NCBI GenBank assembly: GCA_001179505.1 | Contig: CDMY01000411.1 | Location: forward strand, 20,723 to 84,722 | Origin: Vitrella brassicaformis CCMP3155 | Lineage: Eukaryota > Protista > Chromerida | Reading direction: 5' to 3' | Length of the DNA: 64,000 nucleotides | In this document: positions 1 to 13,234 of the stretch, one piece after another | Layout: every line of letters begins with the position of its first letter | How positions within the stretch are numbered: the first letter of the stretch is position 1 | Notes under the pieces: generated by a model | Seen by the model: only the letters and a program-made list of their open reading frames with translations | Told to the model about the DNA's origin: nothing | Databases searched by the model: none | Made by a program: the position numbers and the translations under genes

Positions 1-2313
1 GCCGCTCCAGGGTAGAAGGGGTCGTATGAGTCCTGAAGAGAGCTGTCGTCGTATAGGAGGGCGTGCACCTCGTGGAAGACGGGATTGGACATGACAGCTG
101 CTGTCCTGAAAGGCACCGCTGACTCGACCAACACCGCAGCTTCCTGAGGGCTCTGCACCAGGTCATCTTCCGCGTCCTCACTGCCCTCACGGCCATCGCT
201 GTAGTCGGCATCCCACATCTGGACCTCTGAATCATTGGTGGCGGCAGCGTAGGGAGTGTTCCAATTCAATGACACGCCAACAATAGCCGCTGTTGTGAAA
301 AGCAGACACCATTCGATGTGCTGTGCGCCTTCCGCACGCGTGTCTCACATTGTGTATCGTCGATGGCAGTCGCGTTGGCTGCACGGGAGACGTAGTATAC
401 GTCCAGCAGCGAGTCCAGTGCCGTCACAGCGAATGCATCGACCACATTGCCGAGGCCATCAACGCCCGACACCCTAAACTGACGGTCCTTGAACCGAATG
501 TCTATGTCCTGAATGTGCACGCGAGTTGACAACAAATCACCCTGTCATGTCACTCTCACCTTAAATCTCCCGTTGGTCCGAATGGTCACAATTCTTAAGA
601 TCGATGGCCTGACAGGAGCACACCGAAATGCAGGAGTCCATGTAAGGGGTCTTGCTGCACATGCATTCCCACCACACGTCCTCTGATCCTGGTGGTCTCC
701 CGGGCTCAACAGTGATAGCTAGACACAATGAAGAAGGAGCAGACAATAGCAGCACGTGTACAAGTTCCGCACCCACCCGGCCAGACAATGCCGACGATCC
801 TGTGGTGGTCCTCATCGAATTGAAGACCCTGCATATCGAGGCAGAGGGTAATTTGTGGGCTCGCCACGCATTCATACTGCGAGAGGGTGCTGCAGCGGAC
901 GATGCCACTCGAGACTGCAGACGACACAGACAGGCACCTTCATTCCCACGAGCTAAATACTCTCGTGTGCGCAGTGAAGGTTGTAGACACATCCATCCAT
1001 ACATTGGCAGGGACGAGTGTGTCTCCAGGTTGACGTATGCTGCCTTGAGATACCAGCGGAAGGCAAACTGAGGTGGCAGCACATCGGATGGGCTCACGTA
1101 CTTGGTGGCGTTGACAAGGAAGGGTATCGACGGGTTGACTGTCTGCATGAAAGAAGGATGCACGAGGCTCGCGAGCTGCTAGCGTGGCTCGATTACCGAG
1201 TCGTCCGCAACACCGACGACTGACCACCAAATACTCCTCTGGGTGGAAAGGAAAGAATAGCAATTGTGTACCGTTACCGTAGAACTCACCCACGGATCGA
1301 AAGCGGCTCTGCCCGGGAGGAAGGCCCCATCATAGCGGACATACACTGAGTACCGAGACGTCGAGTCAGGCGCGAGTCCGCCACACAGCTGACCCCATGC
1401 CTTCCCCAGATATGCGGATGACGCCCACGGCACCTGGCTGTAGTATTCTGGATTGCACTCATACGAGCAACCTGACGACGGCTCAGTGTCAGTCCCATTC
1501 CCCGCCGTTTTGTTCGCCTGTGGGCCGTCAGAGTCGCTCTCGTGGCGCGAGAGTCCTGTGAATGTATGGTTGCAGTAACAGAAGTAGAGTGTCTTGTCTG
1601 GGGCACGACCAGGGATCAGAATCCTCTGCTGCGGGTTGGCGAACTGGATGAAGGGATTCACAGTCATCATGGCCACCCTGTAGCCTTGGTTGAAGCACTC
1701 CCTCACGCACGCAAGAGGATTCCCGCTGCAAGCAGAGTTTGTTTGCTATACATGCGTCTACCATGAGTGTGTCGTGTGTGTACCTGTTGTCAAACGTTTG
1801 GGCGAGTGGCGTGCCCCACCAAAACCGCCTGTACTTGAGCAGCTTGATGCCCACCTTGATGATCTCTGACTCTGTCGGCCCGTCAACCGATGTCTCATTC
1901 TCTGTCTTGAGCGGGCGGAAGTCGCTCAGCGTGGGAGGCAACAGCGCACTCTGCTTGTAGCAACCAACTGATATCCACTCATCTGTGAAGATGCTCGACA
2001 TACAATCTAAATCGAGAAGAGGTGGCTATATCGAATCTCACCTACCGAGAGGAGGTCCGGGTGCTTGGCCCATCTCCTCTTCGGTGCTCGTGAAAAGCCC
2101 TCCATCGTCGCCCGTCGAGGTGGGAAAAGCATCGAGCGACGAGACCATGGAGAGTCCCCCCTCATGGATAAGCCGCGACAGCCTCGTCTCACCGATGTCA
2201 AGCCATTCATAGCCTGCAACTCCCTGCAGGCCACGGCCCACCGGCGGCGAACGCGTGCGACGAACCGATAAAATGACTAGGCACACGGTCCAAAGCAACT
2301 TGAAGAGAAGCAT
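1..2313 (-). CDS. Large secreted multi-exon protein with a WSC-like Cys domain; 3' end runs off the window
   Basis: Signal-peptide-like start MLLFKLLWTVCLVILSV at 2313. Downstream exons give WISVGCYKQ...ECFNQGYRVA...CYCNHTF...CSYECNP...CGG...YSVY, the WSC Cys/Gly pattern. Further GT-AG-bounded open exons at about 900-750, 530-330 and 250-1. Confidence 0.55.
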
Positions 2314-2409
2314 GATCCCTGCGATATCGCCCCCATGCGCCCACGGATTTATGTTTGCGATTGGCGAGGATATTGCCGACTGTTTCTATCACAACCCGAT
2401 TATTTTCAT

Positions 2410-3809
2410 ATGGAATGGATGTTATCTATGCTGAATTGGCAGTGGCAAGTTTTCGCCCTCATCCTGGTCTCGGCGGCCTTCTTGTCCCTCCCTTCGATCC
2501 CCCGGTATCTGTTGCTGCGCTTCAGGAGACCCGCTGAGGCTCGCGAGACTCCCCGCGACGACCTTACACCAGAAAGAGGATGTTGGAACAAGACAGGTCC
2601 GCTCATCATCGCAGCCTTTCGAGAACTACAGTTGCGAGTCATTTCCCCCGGCCCTGTACCGCCCTGGATGTCGGAGAGCGGTATACATTCAAGGCGGGTT
2701 CCCCAGTTTGACGTGTCGTCAGTCGAGGACGGAGTGGTCGATCGGGGCATGGTCTACACGGTGAAGGGTGCCTATGTCCTGGGCAAACACTCAGTGGTCT
2801 TCAATTGCTTTTCGGCGGTGGTCTTTGGTAGGTGCAGAGCTCACGAAGCCGCAAATGGCCTCACACACGATACGCTGAAGAGCCTCGTCAATGGGCCGGT
2901 GGACCAATTGAGCGGGAGCGTTGTGCTGCTGGTTGCGATGTGGGGAGACAACTATTTTCACTTTCTAATTGGTGAATATAGCAGCACACAAAGACACACA
3001 GCTTTTTGGTGCGGACGACCGTTGATCGTGTGCAGAGAACTTCATGCGTCTCGCCCTTGTTTATGATCTGCTGCGCGAGGACACGAGCAGCAGGGTACTG
3101 TCGCACACCAATTTGAAGTGGTCCTGGCGCTTTTTCGAGCTTCTCGGCATCGATTCGTCTCGGGTCATTCCTTATGACAAGCCATGTTTCTTTGTCGAGC
3201 GGCTGATTGTACCATCCGCAACAAAATGTGGTCACTCCCGCGCGCCCGCAGTCCGTCTAATCCGAAACCTCCTTATCGCCAACATCGAAAAAACACTCAA
3301 GTTGCCAATGAAAACCAAGCCGCACATTTTGATACAAGTGCGTCGAAAGTCTCGCGCGCTGTCGAATCTGAGAGCGTTGAGCGCGAGACTGAGACGGTCA
3401 TTCCCTCACGTCAAAGTCGAGTATTTCCGACCCAAGGACAGCTTCGAACAGGCCATGAGAAAACACATGCAGGCAGACGTTGTCATTGCTCCCCACGGCG
3501 CGGGGCTCAGCAACATGGTGTTTTGTGCCAAAGGCGCAGAGATTATCGAGATTCATGCAGCAATTGGTGAGGAGACGCAAAGGCGCAACGATCCCATGCT
3601 TGTCCTTTTTTCAAAAGTCGCTTTGTCCTCACCTTTCAGGCAACAGAGGAAAGGGCGACATGAATCACTGCTACTCGGATCTCGCTGGCGTGATTGGATT
3701 GCGAAAATGGAACCTGACTTCAGAGACCATCGGGAACAGACGGGATGGCCTTACAGCCCCTATAGAGGACGTGCTTCGCCTTGTGTCAGCACGTCTCTAT
3801 GGCTCATGA
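2410..3809 (+). CDS. Type II membrane glycosyltransferase family 61 (DUF563-like), 3 exons
   Basis: N-terminal TM, then WGDNYFHFLI, intron ~2972-3034, then VIAPHGAGLSNMVFC..GAEIIEI (GT61 HGAGL signature), intron ~3568-3640, last exon NHCYSDLAGVIGL ending at TGA 3809. Confidence 0.8.
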
Positions 3810-4589
3810 TCATTGTCGTAGTCGTGTGGACACAATGCAGTCAAAAGATACGAACTGTACTTCCTTCAAGAGGGCGGCTTTCAAGGATGAGGATCAGGCA
3901 TTCGCATACAGTCAGTCAGTGTTGCGTGAGGTGCATCAGATGCAGCGTACCGCTGCTTTTGGCCTTGCCAGCTCTTGGGTACATCCTTGTCATTCATCAG
4001 AACGAAAGAGACATACAGAACAAATAAAGTACAAAAACGCGAACGGGCAATGACACTCCCTGGTCCATGAAGCTTTCTTCCCCCGCCTGTGTGTCTGCCT
4101 GCCTGTTTTAAACTCGCCCTTCGGGCCTCGCCTTTGTACACACTCTTACACGTCCAGCCAGGTTGGGAGGCACAAAGCCAGTGCCTCCACTGTCGTAAGG
4201 ACATGAATATATGTGTATCGACCGTCTACCGCACACACAACCGATCTGTATGTGGGTGTTCCCGCATCCCCGTGACCACGCCTACGCGTGCGTGTGCAGC
4301 CGACTCGTGTGTGTCCATGGCATGTGAGCACAAAGTGTTTGTCGTGCTCGTGCCCATTTGTATGTCGATGGATGTGTTGCGTGTCCGTCGGTCGGTGCGT
4401 GCGACTGACTGTCTGCCTGTCTGACTGCCTGAATGGATGGATGGATGCATGTATGGATGGAATCGCTGGATGGGTATGGTTTGAGCCTGCAGCGTAGCCT
4501 TACTGTTGTCCCGCGCCTTACTCAATGTCCCTCGGTCATTGAAGCACGTTTGCTTCATCTGCTTGTCCAAAACCGCCGTTTTTGCGTCA

Positions 4590-4777
4590 GCTTTCCGCCT
4601 GGAAAGCTGGCATTCCGCCTAGAAAGCTGGATTTCCAAGTGGAATTCTGGCCTTCTGCAGTGCAAAGCTGGCTTTCCGTGGCGCTGGCTGGCCTTCTGAG
4701 CGTCTGTCCAGCTTTCTGAGTGGAGGGCCCGCTTGCCGGCAGAAGCACCAGCTTTTCGCCGCACCTCGTCGGGTAGT
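4590..4777. repeat. Dispersed repeat, probable transposon end with subterminal GGAAAGCTGG-like units
   Basis: 4742-4777 matches 8887-8922 at 35/36 nt (GAAGCACC(A/G)GCTTTTCGCCGCACCTCGTCGGGTAGT). CTTTCTGAGTGGA is also shared (4712 and 8873). Three degenerate AAAGCTGG units lie in 4590-4680. Confidence 0.7.
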
Positions 4778-6120
4778 ATTGGGGGCGGGCAGTTGCCTGC
4801 GCGACATACAGTAAGTATCGATTAAAGGAATCACCGTATAAACCACTCATTTCTGTAAAGCAATCACCCCACCCCGATGACTGTACACAGGCAAAATGAA
4901 CCGCATAAACCAATCACCTCCCAAAGAGACTCAAATCAGCCATACGGGCTGACGACTCATGGCTCAAAATGACCGCAAGAAAATGAAGCACCACTCTCTG
5001 AAAGAGCGGACCGATGAAAAAGTGAATGAATGGAGAAATACAGACATTTTGATTGTCATCTGAGATGAACCCTTCGGACGGTGATTTCCGACGAGAGATG
5101 GAGTTTGCTTGGCGAGGTCAAGTCACTATGTAAATGGAAGAGCAGCGTTACTTCACTTGAGGCAACAAGGGCCCATTGGTGACTCACAGGAGGGTCAGAT
5201 GAGCCATGAGTTGCCCTCCTCCGTCGGGGGGTCGGGCGGTCCTCCCGCGCGAGTCGCGAAACGCGTGCAAAGCCCCCAAGCTCGCATGAGGCTCCCACTC
5301 AAGAAAGACGTGCCGGACGAAAAAGTCTCGAGGCCCCAATTATTGAACGACGAACACGAACTTCGAGGCACGTACAGCATATGATTACGCATGTCGGCAC
5401 CGACGAAGAACAAACGCACTGCTCTGTCGCCTATCTATATCCCTATCGTATCGTGAGTGTCATGCAGTCAGTCTGTCAGTCAGTCGGTCAGGATGCACCA
5501 TTTTTGAGAGAATGTCTCGGCGTCGCTGTAGGGCTTGACGAAATGTGCAGCCGACTCATACGCAGGATGCGAGGCATCTGATGACATTCATCCAGCCCAA
5601 CACACGTTTTTGCGGGTTGGTGTGACCGTCCAGTACTGTACTTGCCGTCCAGTCTCCCTTGCCCTCACGCCCGCCCGCCCACCCACCCACCCACCAACCT
5701 AGCCAGCCGCCCACCCACCCACCCATCCATCCATCCATCCACCAACCCATCGCATGAGCGATTTGATATATATCATTTTCTAATGCATTTACTGCTGCAG
5801 GCGGCCGCCCAGGAACTTTGACCGATTTATGGCATGCTGTCCTGTCGGCTGTCCATGCCTCTTGTGCCGTCATGGGCCCACTGAACATCATGTTGATGAC
5901 TCCTGTTCTCTATGCAAATCTTCATGCAAACACTCCTAAGGCCTGTGTGGAGGGTGAATGAGACACAGCACCCAGTCATCGCACCCATACGAGTAAGTGA
6001 ATGGTTTTTCGTCGTTTCAGATCGAGTCGTTTTGGGCGGGGAAAAAAGAAGCAATTGGCAGCCTGAGCACGCCTGCGTGCGGTGGCGTACGTACTCGCAG
6101 CCGCAGCGACGCACACACAC

Positions 6121-6147
6121 GCGCGCGCAAGCTAAGCTTGCGCGCGC
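6121..6147. repeat. Perfect 13-bp-arm palindrome with a 1-nt loop
   Basis: GCGCGCGCAAGCT-A-AGCTTGCGCGCGC. Confidence 0.9.
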
Positions 6148-6319
6148 TTTTCGACCTGGCCGGCCAGCCTGAGCTCGCAGCGCTCGAGCACAGACGGCGC
6201 TTTTCGGCACCCACCCGTGTCCCCTGGACACACCCACCCACCGGTCTCCCCGCGCGCACGTCGCGCTGTCGGGCTCGAGGCCGGATGGCTCTCTCCCATT
6301 TGACTCGGTACAGACAGGC

Positions 6320-6415
6320 TCAGACCAGGACAGGCAGGACAGGCAGGTCAGCAGCGACGGGATATCCGGGCTCGACGAGCGAGCCCGGACCCATGGATAG
6401 CGGAGGCGAGAGTAG
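6320..6415. repeat. Dispersed hairpin-containing repeat, copy 1 (copy 2 at ~13235-13352)
   Basis: CAGCAGCGACGGGAT(A/G)TCCGGGCTC...GACGAGCGAGCCC(G/A)GAC(C/A)CATGG(A/G)TAGCGGAGGCGAGAGT occurs at both sites. This copy has the hairpin CCGGGCTCG-ACGAG-CGAGCCCGG. Confidence 0.8.
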
Positions 6416-6545
6416 TGATGGAGGGTGGCTCTGGTGAGTGATTCACGGCGAGAAACCCCGCGTAAAACAGCATCGGGATGACTCCGGCTGATGCGACATC
6501 TTTCTGTAAAGTGTGTCCTCGAGCTCCACCAAAGTCTTTCTGCAA

Positions 6546-8452
6546 ATGCAGCCTTTTCCGCTCTTCCCCGTTCTCCTTCTCCTTTCGTCCTCAACTCCCA
6601 TTGCGAAAGCAGATCATCCCTTCAGCGGCCCTTCTGTCAACTGGTCAACCCTGCGAGATGAGCTGAATCACCTGTACCCGCCTTTTTACCTGTCGTCATC
6701 ACAAAATGGACGGCATCCTTCGGGGCTGCTCGCATCAGCCCTGGTCAAGACCGCGATAGGCACTGAAGAGGCGATCAGATGGCTGACATTGTCAGCAATG
6801 TCAGCCGGCAACGCATCTTCCTCACTGGCGATAGGCACCTTTGCGTCGTTCCTGCTGCACGCGCTGCACGCCACGGGAGAGCAGAACAGTGATGGCAGCA
6901 GCGCCCGTCGAGTCCTGCGGGCCATTGATCTGATGCGCTCCGGTCTGCCGCTTGAAGCGCTGCTGACTTCCGGCTGGCCAGTATTCAGCATGCTCATGCA
7001 TTTCCGCTCCGTGGTTGATGCGGCTGGCCTTGAGAGTGATTCAGTGTGTGCGGCGGGCAGCTGGGACCTGTTGTCTGAGGGACTGGAGTCAATCGACTCA
7101 GTTGCGCGACATGAGGGCATCTCTGTGTCTCTGGCAAATCATCTCATGGAGATGGCATCCAACATATCAGTTGTGTCCCAGGGACTCACCATAGGTGAAA
7201 GGAGCGAAATGGACACCGCTCACTAAAGAGAAAATAAGCCATATTCATTTCTCTTTGTAGGTAAGATCAACGAGTGTCCTCCAGGGTCTATGGCTGCCTT
7301 GACCTTGTGGCTCTTGGCCGCACTCGGGAGCGGTGTTCCTGACTTGCCCCGCATTCTGCAAACCTATGTTTCCATTGCCGACGCACTGTGGCAATTCATG
7401 ACGATCGAACAACTCACAAGCACGCGTACAAAAGCCGACTCACATCTGCACATACCGGCTGCGTTCGTCTCTTCTGCGTCTTGTTTTGGTGCGTCCACGT
7501 GTTTCAGGTTGGCGGATCTTGGAATTGCTTCAGCTTTTGGCTGCGCAGGCACTGAAGAGACAACAACAAGGCAAGCCATAAGCAGAGAGTCATAAGTGTT
7601 CTCATTTCCCTACTCTGCCGCAGCCGTGTCTGAGAGTGCATTCCGGGACAAATACAAAGATTGGGATGCTCAATTCACCGTTCTGATCACGACAATTTCC
7701 AGAACACGAACGGTCAATGTCAATCGTGTGATCCAGCTGTTTAAGACTGAACCAGCTGTCCGTGAGATCATCGTCTTATGGAACAACGGGGAACAGGTAT
7801 TTTACCCGACATGCATTCGCTTAGTCCATTTTCTCAATGCCTCCAGGACCCTCCATCGTTCGCGAATTCGTCACTTGTGCCTGTGCGAGTCATTACGCAG
7901 CCCAACAAGAACATCTCGAATCGGTGGAAGGTCGCTGCTTGTGAATCCAAGACGCCGCTTGTCTTCAATGTCGATGACGACATCGTATTCGATGTGGCTG
8001 ATATTCTGCGGATGTTCCTTGTCGCCCGGGCCTATCCCAACACTGTGGTCGGAACGATGGGGCGTTTCTTTGACCTGCAATCGCGTCAGTATTCTTTCCG
8101 TGGCTGGCCCTTGTTCAATATCGTGCTGCCCGGGTTTGCCTTTATCGGTGTCGAGACGCTTCGAGAATTTGTTCACGAGCGTGAATTACTGAAGTATTTT
8201 GACGCTGACGACGCCCACTGCGACGACATCTCTCTCAACTGGTTCATATCCATCAAGAAAAACCAAACGCTGATTGCCGTTCCAGGTGTCAGGGTGGGCG
8301 ATGCGCCTCAAGCCAGTGAAGCAGGCGCGCTGTCCATGCACAAGGACCGCAGGGCTCTTCGGTCGCGCTGCTGCGAGTGGATCCTTAACTACTTCCGCAG
8401 CAACCACCTAAAGTTTGGTCGCTGGGTCTCTTCTTATCCTGATGTAGCCTGA
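6546..8452 (+). CDS. Gene A: signal peptide + shared N-terminal module + GT64 (exostosin/EXTL-like) glycosyltransferase
   Basis: MQPFPLFPVLLLLSS start. Introns ~7194-7260, 7426-7507, 7571-7623 (GC-AG) and ~7797-7846 restore one frame. Catalytic part FTVLITT..R...EIIVLWNN...ISNRWK...VFNVDDDI...YPNTVVG...HCDDISLNW matches the GT64 pattern. Confidence 0.8.
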
Positions 8453-8872
8453 GTGAATCTCTCTGCAATACGTCACATACGCTACGCGCCAAGAAGAGCG
8501 TGGCCGATGTAGGCCGCCCCGATAAGACAGTAGTGAGTAAAGGAGAAACAAATGATGGCAGGAAGGGTGTTTAGAGTTGTCGCCGAGACAGTCGATGAGA
8601 AATTTTCAATCTTCGCATGGGGGACTTTTTCTCCCTCTGCTTTTCAAGTGAATCATGTTTCTGTGTGACTCAGAGGGAGCGGCTCCAAGGCATAAATGGG
8701 CCGTATCTGCATATCTCCGAAGAAAAACAAAGACGATGAAATCGCAAGCTCCTGGTAGAGAAACATGCGCAACACATCCCCCGCCTAGTTCCGAAGCTGA
8801 ATCATCCACCGAGGATTCGGCTTCTCCGCGAGTGCTTTTGGACAGCATTCAGCATCGAGGATGCTGGATGCC

Positions 8873-8922
8873 CTTTCTGAGTGGACGAAGCACCGGCTTT
8901 TCGCCGCACCTCGTCGGGTAGT
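8873..8922. repeat. Second copy of the 4712-4777 repeat end
   Basis: 35/36 identity to 4742-4777, same orientation. Confidence 0.75.
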
Positions 8923-9273
8923 TTAAGTACATGTATTAATGGATGTTTGTGTTGTCGCTCATTTAAGTTCCGTGCCAACAGTCTTTTCGTCTGCGATCAG
9001 ACAATCAATGACTGATTGTGTGTCCCACACTTGCTTTATTTTGTACGGACATGTGTGATCGACATCCATACACATGCACTCAATGACAGCTGCATTCAAT
9101 GACATGGGGAGGTCATTTTGTCACTCTGCGTGCATGTTTTGCTGGCCCCTTGGAAAAATTCGCAAATAAGTTCATAACATGACCGCTGGACAGCTGCTCT
9201 CAGCTTGCTGTGGTAGCACATCTAAGTGGGCCTTGTCTCGGAACAGCTCACCAATTTAGACTGCAAGCAAAAC

Positions 9274-12200
9274 CTACAAAACCAGGTGAAGATGCATAGC
9301 CATTTTAGTCACCTGGTTTTGGCATGTCGAGTGACCATGCAATAATGAAACCACGTCCACGTCCCACAACCGATGTTTCATCAGGGCCCTTTTCTTCATG
9401 GCCGCCCCTTGGACCCAATTGACATGCACCATCACCACGTCCTCTCGCTCCTGTCTCGTCAAGAAGTCAGAGGGAGGTGCACTTCGCATCTTCAAAAACA
9501 CCCGACCTGATGGCAACAAGAGATACTGCGCTGACATGTACTTCGAAGGAACTTCAAACCTGATGGGAAGAGCTTTCGTGAGAGACTGGCGATAGACATG
9601 CTGTTTCTGAGATGTTTCACAGCTTCATTCAGATACGACTGATTGTAAGTAATGTTGCGTCTTGTCTCCTTGTGCATCAGCTGCCCCCACTGATCGAGGA
9701 GAGAAAGCGCTCCCTCTGTTGGCCGAAACAACATGAGACATGAACAGAAGCAGTTTGCGTCGATCTGGAGGGCGACGTCGAATCGCCTGGATGGCATAAA
9801 GTCAAGCGCGTTCCTGAGCCACACCATGTCAACATCGTTGTACAGGACCGTGTAGCCTCTTTGGACAATCTCGCGGACGAAGAATGGCCTCGTCATGACA
9901 AGAGCCCCGAACGACTCCGTGTTGAAGCGTGTGGCAGCAACAGAGACACGCACCTCCTTCGGCGCGCGAACCACATTTTCGGGGAAGCTTGTAGATAGAA
10001 GATCGAAGCACCTGTCGTCGAGGCAAATGACCAAGAAGCTGTTTACGCCTTGCCTGTGGAGGCTCTTCGCCCAGTTGATGGCGAAATCGACCTGCAAAGC
10101 AGAGGATCCAGGTGAATGTCTAGACACTGAGACAAGTGTGAATGGCTCACCATGCCCCTGTTGACGGTCGTCATGACGATTGTGCCATCAGAATCAGCAA
10201 CCGAAGCCAGCAGGTCAGAGGAAAGCCACCCAGTGGCGGCCGGCATTGTCGTGCCGTTCCTGTCTCCCGCAATTTCCCGTCCCTCTAGGTGACGCACTCT
10301 CGTCGAGCAAGAGTCAAGCGCATCTGCGTGCCTGCACCACATCCAGCAGTCGTTGCCCCCTTGTTTTCCCTTGCTCATCACGACACCCCACAGCGGACCG
10401 AAGAGGCCCTCTGGGGGACAGTCCGGCTGCATCACAGGGATGACGTCATGAATGTCGGCTGGGTGACTGCACTGGAAGAGCCTCAAGAAGGCCGCAAGGG
10501 CCTCCGTCCTGTTGGTGGGCAGCTTGACGGCAGAAGAAGAGCCGATCCTGTCAAAGCCGCTGGGCAGGAGGAAGGCAGCGTAGCCGTTGGGACGCAGGAC
10601 CCTCTCAATCTCTGTTTGAGTACTCACACACATACAAACGCAAGCCTAGGGATTCAAGGGCGGCTCACCGGCAGCGAAGCTGAATGGACAGTGTGTGCGG
10701 TCGAAGACATTGGCAAAAACGAAGTCGAAGGTGTGGTCTTCGAAGGGCAAGTTATGCATGTCGCCCCTGACCACCAGTGGAGGCCTCTCCACCAGATCGA
10801 CACCAATGGCGTGCCGCACGCCGGCTTGGTACAATGCGCGCACCTCTTCCCCTGTTGACGCGCCAATGCTGAGGGCATGCGAGTCGCGCGTGAGGTAGCC
10901 GGCAGACCAATAGCGATCAAACAATCGCACATGCATGTACCTATAACCAGACCAACTACAAGGGTCAACACCTCGAGACAAACAAGCGGCGTGCATACCT
11001 GATCCACTCGAGCATATCGACGGAGAGCTGTCCTGAAGCGTGCTGCCCACCTAAAATACTGCTTCTCACGTCGGCGCCCTCCTCCTGTGTGGCGACGTAT
11101 TCGTCTTGCGCGCTCCCATTCACGGACGCATTGAGGTGGCTGCTGAGGGCAGACTGACACATTTCCGTTGTCTTTCGGGCTGCCTCCCGGCCGATGCTCT
11201 CTCGTTGGCTAATGGAATCCATGATAAAGCAGCTATCATTGGCGACACTGGGACGCAGGAGACGCTGGGCATCAAAAGAGGGCGTCTCTTGTGGACTCGT
11301 ATATCGCTTGTCCGCCCTCCAGATGTGTAAGCACTCGTCGGCCGCACCGTCGAGGTCGTGTAAAACTGACATATTCCTGAGGAGAGGCAAGCCATTTCCG
11401 ATGATATATCTGCCTAGATCCCCAGCTCACCTTTGGGTATGGTCAGTATGGAGAATATCGAGGAGGTCCAGCACGGGCCACTCTGAGACAAACAAGGCAT
11501 GCCAGCCGGTCAGCCAAATACAGTTTTAACTTACTGGTGCTCAGTAAGGTCCGCAGAGGGATCTGCCTGATGATGTCTCTCAACGCATCTACGAGAGTGA
11601 TTTTTCGGTCGACATTTTGAACCATGGCTGCCGAGATGAGGGCCAGCGGGCACTTGTCAAAATAGCGAGGGGCGTCTACGGGAGAGAAAGAGACACTCTG
11701 CCTTTCAGCAATCAGATCCTCTGTGGGCCTCCGTGTACCTTTGGTGACCTCCCGGCCGAGTCGAGCCACCTCATTTGCATGCTCTCGCAGAAGGGCCGCT
11801 GGCGGCTGGCCACCACTCATTTGCTCTTGCCATGTGCTTACAAGTGCTATGAGAGAGCTGTAAAATGTGCGAAGTGCTGAGGACTTGTGAAAGAGAGGAC
11901 AGTCGTTCGAGTCAATATCAGGGAGGCCCTCTTTCAACAGAGCAAGCATCCTAAACAAGAGACAGAACAGATCAGGGAAGGCATCGGTCCTCTGCGCTAA
12001 CCTGACGATTGGCCATGTTGTGTTGAGTATGTGGGAAGCGAGACCCAATTGGTCGTACATCTCGTCGAGCTCAGCCAGGGCGTGTGACATGTACTGCTCG
12101 AGGGACGCGATGACAGCGTCATTCTGAGGCGGATGGACGGCAAAGAACAGTCGTGCCACGAAGACAACCACGGGGCTGTCAGGTTCCTGTGAGATCGAGT

Positions 12201-12513
12201 TCCAGTCTGTCGATTCAATAGTATTACGTCGAAGGATCTTCGCACTTTCTCTTGCTGCGCATCCAAGGGACAGCTGCCTGTCAAACAAAGCAACCCCCTC
12301 TGATTGAATGCCGGTTGAATAGTCGGCTATATTGTGGACTGCGTTTTTTTGTTGGCGGACACTGAGTCTCTGCCAAAGGGGAAGGGTCTGGCTGGGAAAC
12401 AGTTGCTGGAGATGATCATGGAGAAGTGAAACATCAAAAGATTGGTTGGCACACACACATGATCCTAGGGCTCCAATAATGAGGACCACTCCGAGTTTGG
12501 CATGCATCATCAT
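9274..12513 (-). CDS. Gene B: signal peptide + shared N-terminal module + plant-type class I SAM methyltransferase + GT77 nucleotide-diphospho-sugar transferase
   Basis: MMMHAKLGVVLIIGALGSCVCA start. KCPLALISAA...LLST|KWPVLDLLDIL module. ALSIGASTGEEVRAL...GVDLVERPPLVVRGDMHNLPFEDHTFDFVFANVFD...EIERVLRPNG methyltransferase. IVMTTVNRG|VDFAINW...GYTVLYNDVDMVWLRN...NQSYLN...VHVNWVQG..KK GT77/PF03407 pattern. Confidence 0.8.
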
Positions 12514-12523
12514 GATGATCTAC

Positions 12524-12570
12524 TTCACGACCCCCCAAAGCCGGGGGAGTGCTCTAGGCTAGTTTTTCCG
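12524..12570. repeat. Short dispersed motif immediately upstream of the gene B ATG; second copy at 48161-48215
   Basis: TTCACGACCCC..AAAG..C(C/T)GGGGGAGTGCTCTAGGCTA(G/C)TTTTT..CCG at both sites. Confidence 0.7.
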
Positions 12571-12759
12571 ACCGCGAATCGCATAGTGATGTGAGGGCGC
12601 ATGTAGCGCGGGGGGGTCTATGTGTATGTCTTGCCGCCCTTCTGGTTGCCTTGAAGTTCTTGTTTTTCCTGCGGTGATGATATTATGTGTATGGGCGTGC
12701 TCTTGGGGTGTCTACGAATCGGCTGCCTGCCGCCCCTCTCCGGTGCGCTCGAATTTCAT

Positions 12760-13090
12760 ACACCCCTTTTGTTGCCGAAAAATGCGCTCGGCACATCACA
12801 TTGACTGGTTGATTAATTGATTGGTTCATATACGTATCATCCCGACTGTCTGTCTCTGTGAATGAATGTCGTGCCTCTGCCGACACTGTCTGGCTGTTTG
12901 TCTGGATGAATTATGTATGCATGTCTCTATGTGTTGTGTGTAACCTTATGTCTGTCTTATGTGTGCGTGCGTGTATGTGTGTAAGTGTGAAGGCAAATGG
13001 ACTGTGCGGACAATACAAACGAGTGTTCTCCACTTCGATGTGTGAAGGACATTGGTTTGTGATTCAACGGGTTGCAACCCAAAGTTTCTC
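12760..13090. repeat. Dispersed ~300-bp repeat; inverted copy at ~43925-44200
   Basis: GATTGGTTCAT..ATCATCCC.GACTGTCT..CTCTGCCGACACTGTCTGGCTGTTTGTCTGGATGAATTA(T/C)GTATGCATGTCTCT is the reverse complement of ~44003-44130. Flanking TTTTGTTGCCGAAAAA and GCAACCCA motifs also match. Confidence 0.75.
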
Positions 13091-13234
13091 CTCCTTCTTT
13101 TTGGCGGCTTTTAAAATGGTTCCGTTTTGTTTGTCAGATTTTTCAAATTTCTCCTCAATTTCTTATTTGTTTGCGTTGTTTTAAATATTTCTCGGCGTCG
13201 GCTTTGGGACGTTTCAGGGGAAGAGGCTTGCACG

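Noticed and set aside
7224-7226. Apparent premature TAA in gene A versus paralogue C
   Set aside because: It falls inside the GT..AG intron ~7194-7260, so it does not make A a pseudogene.
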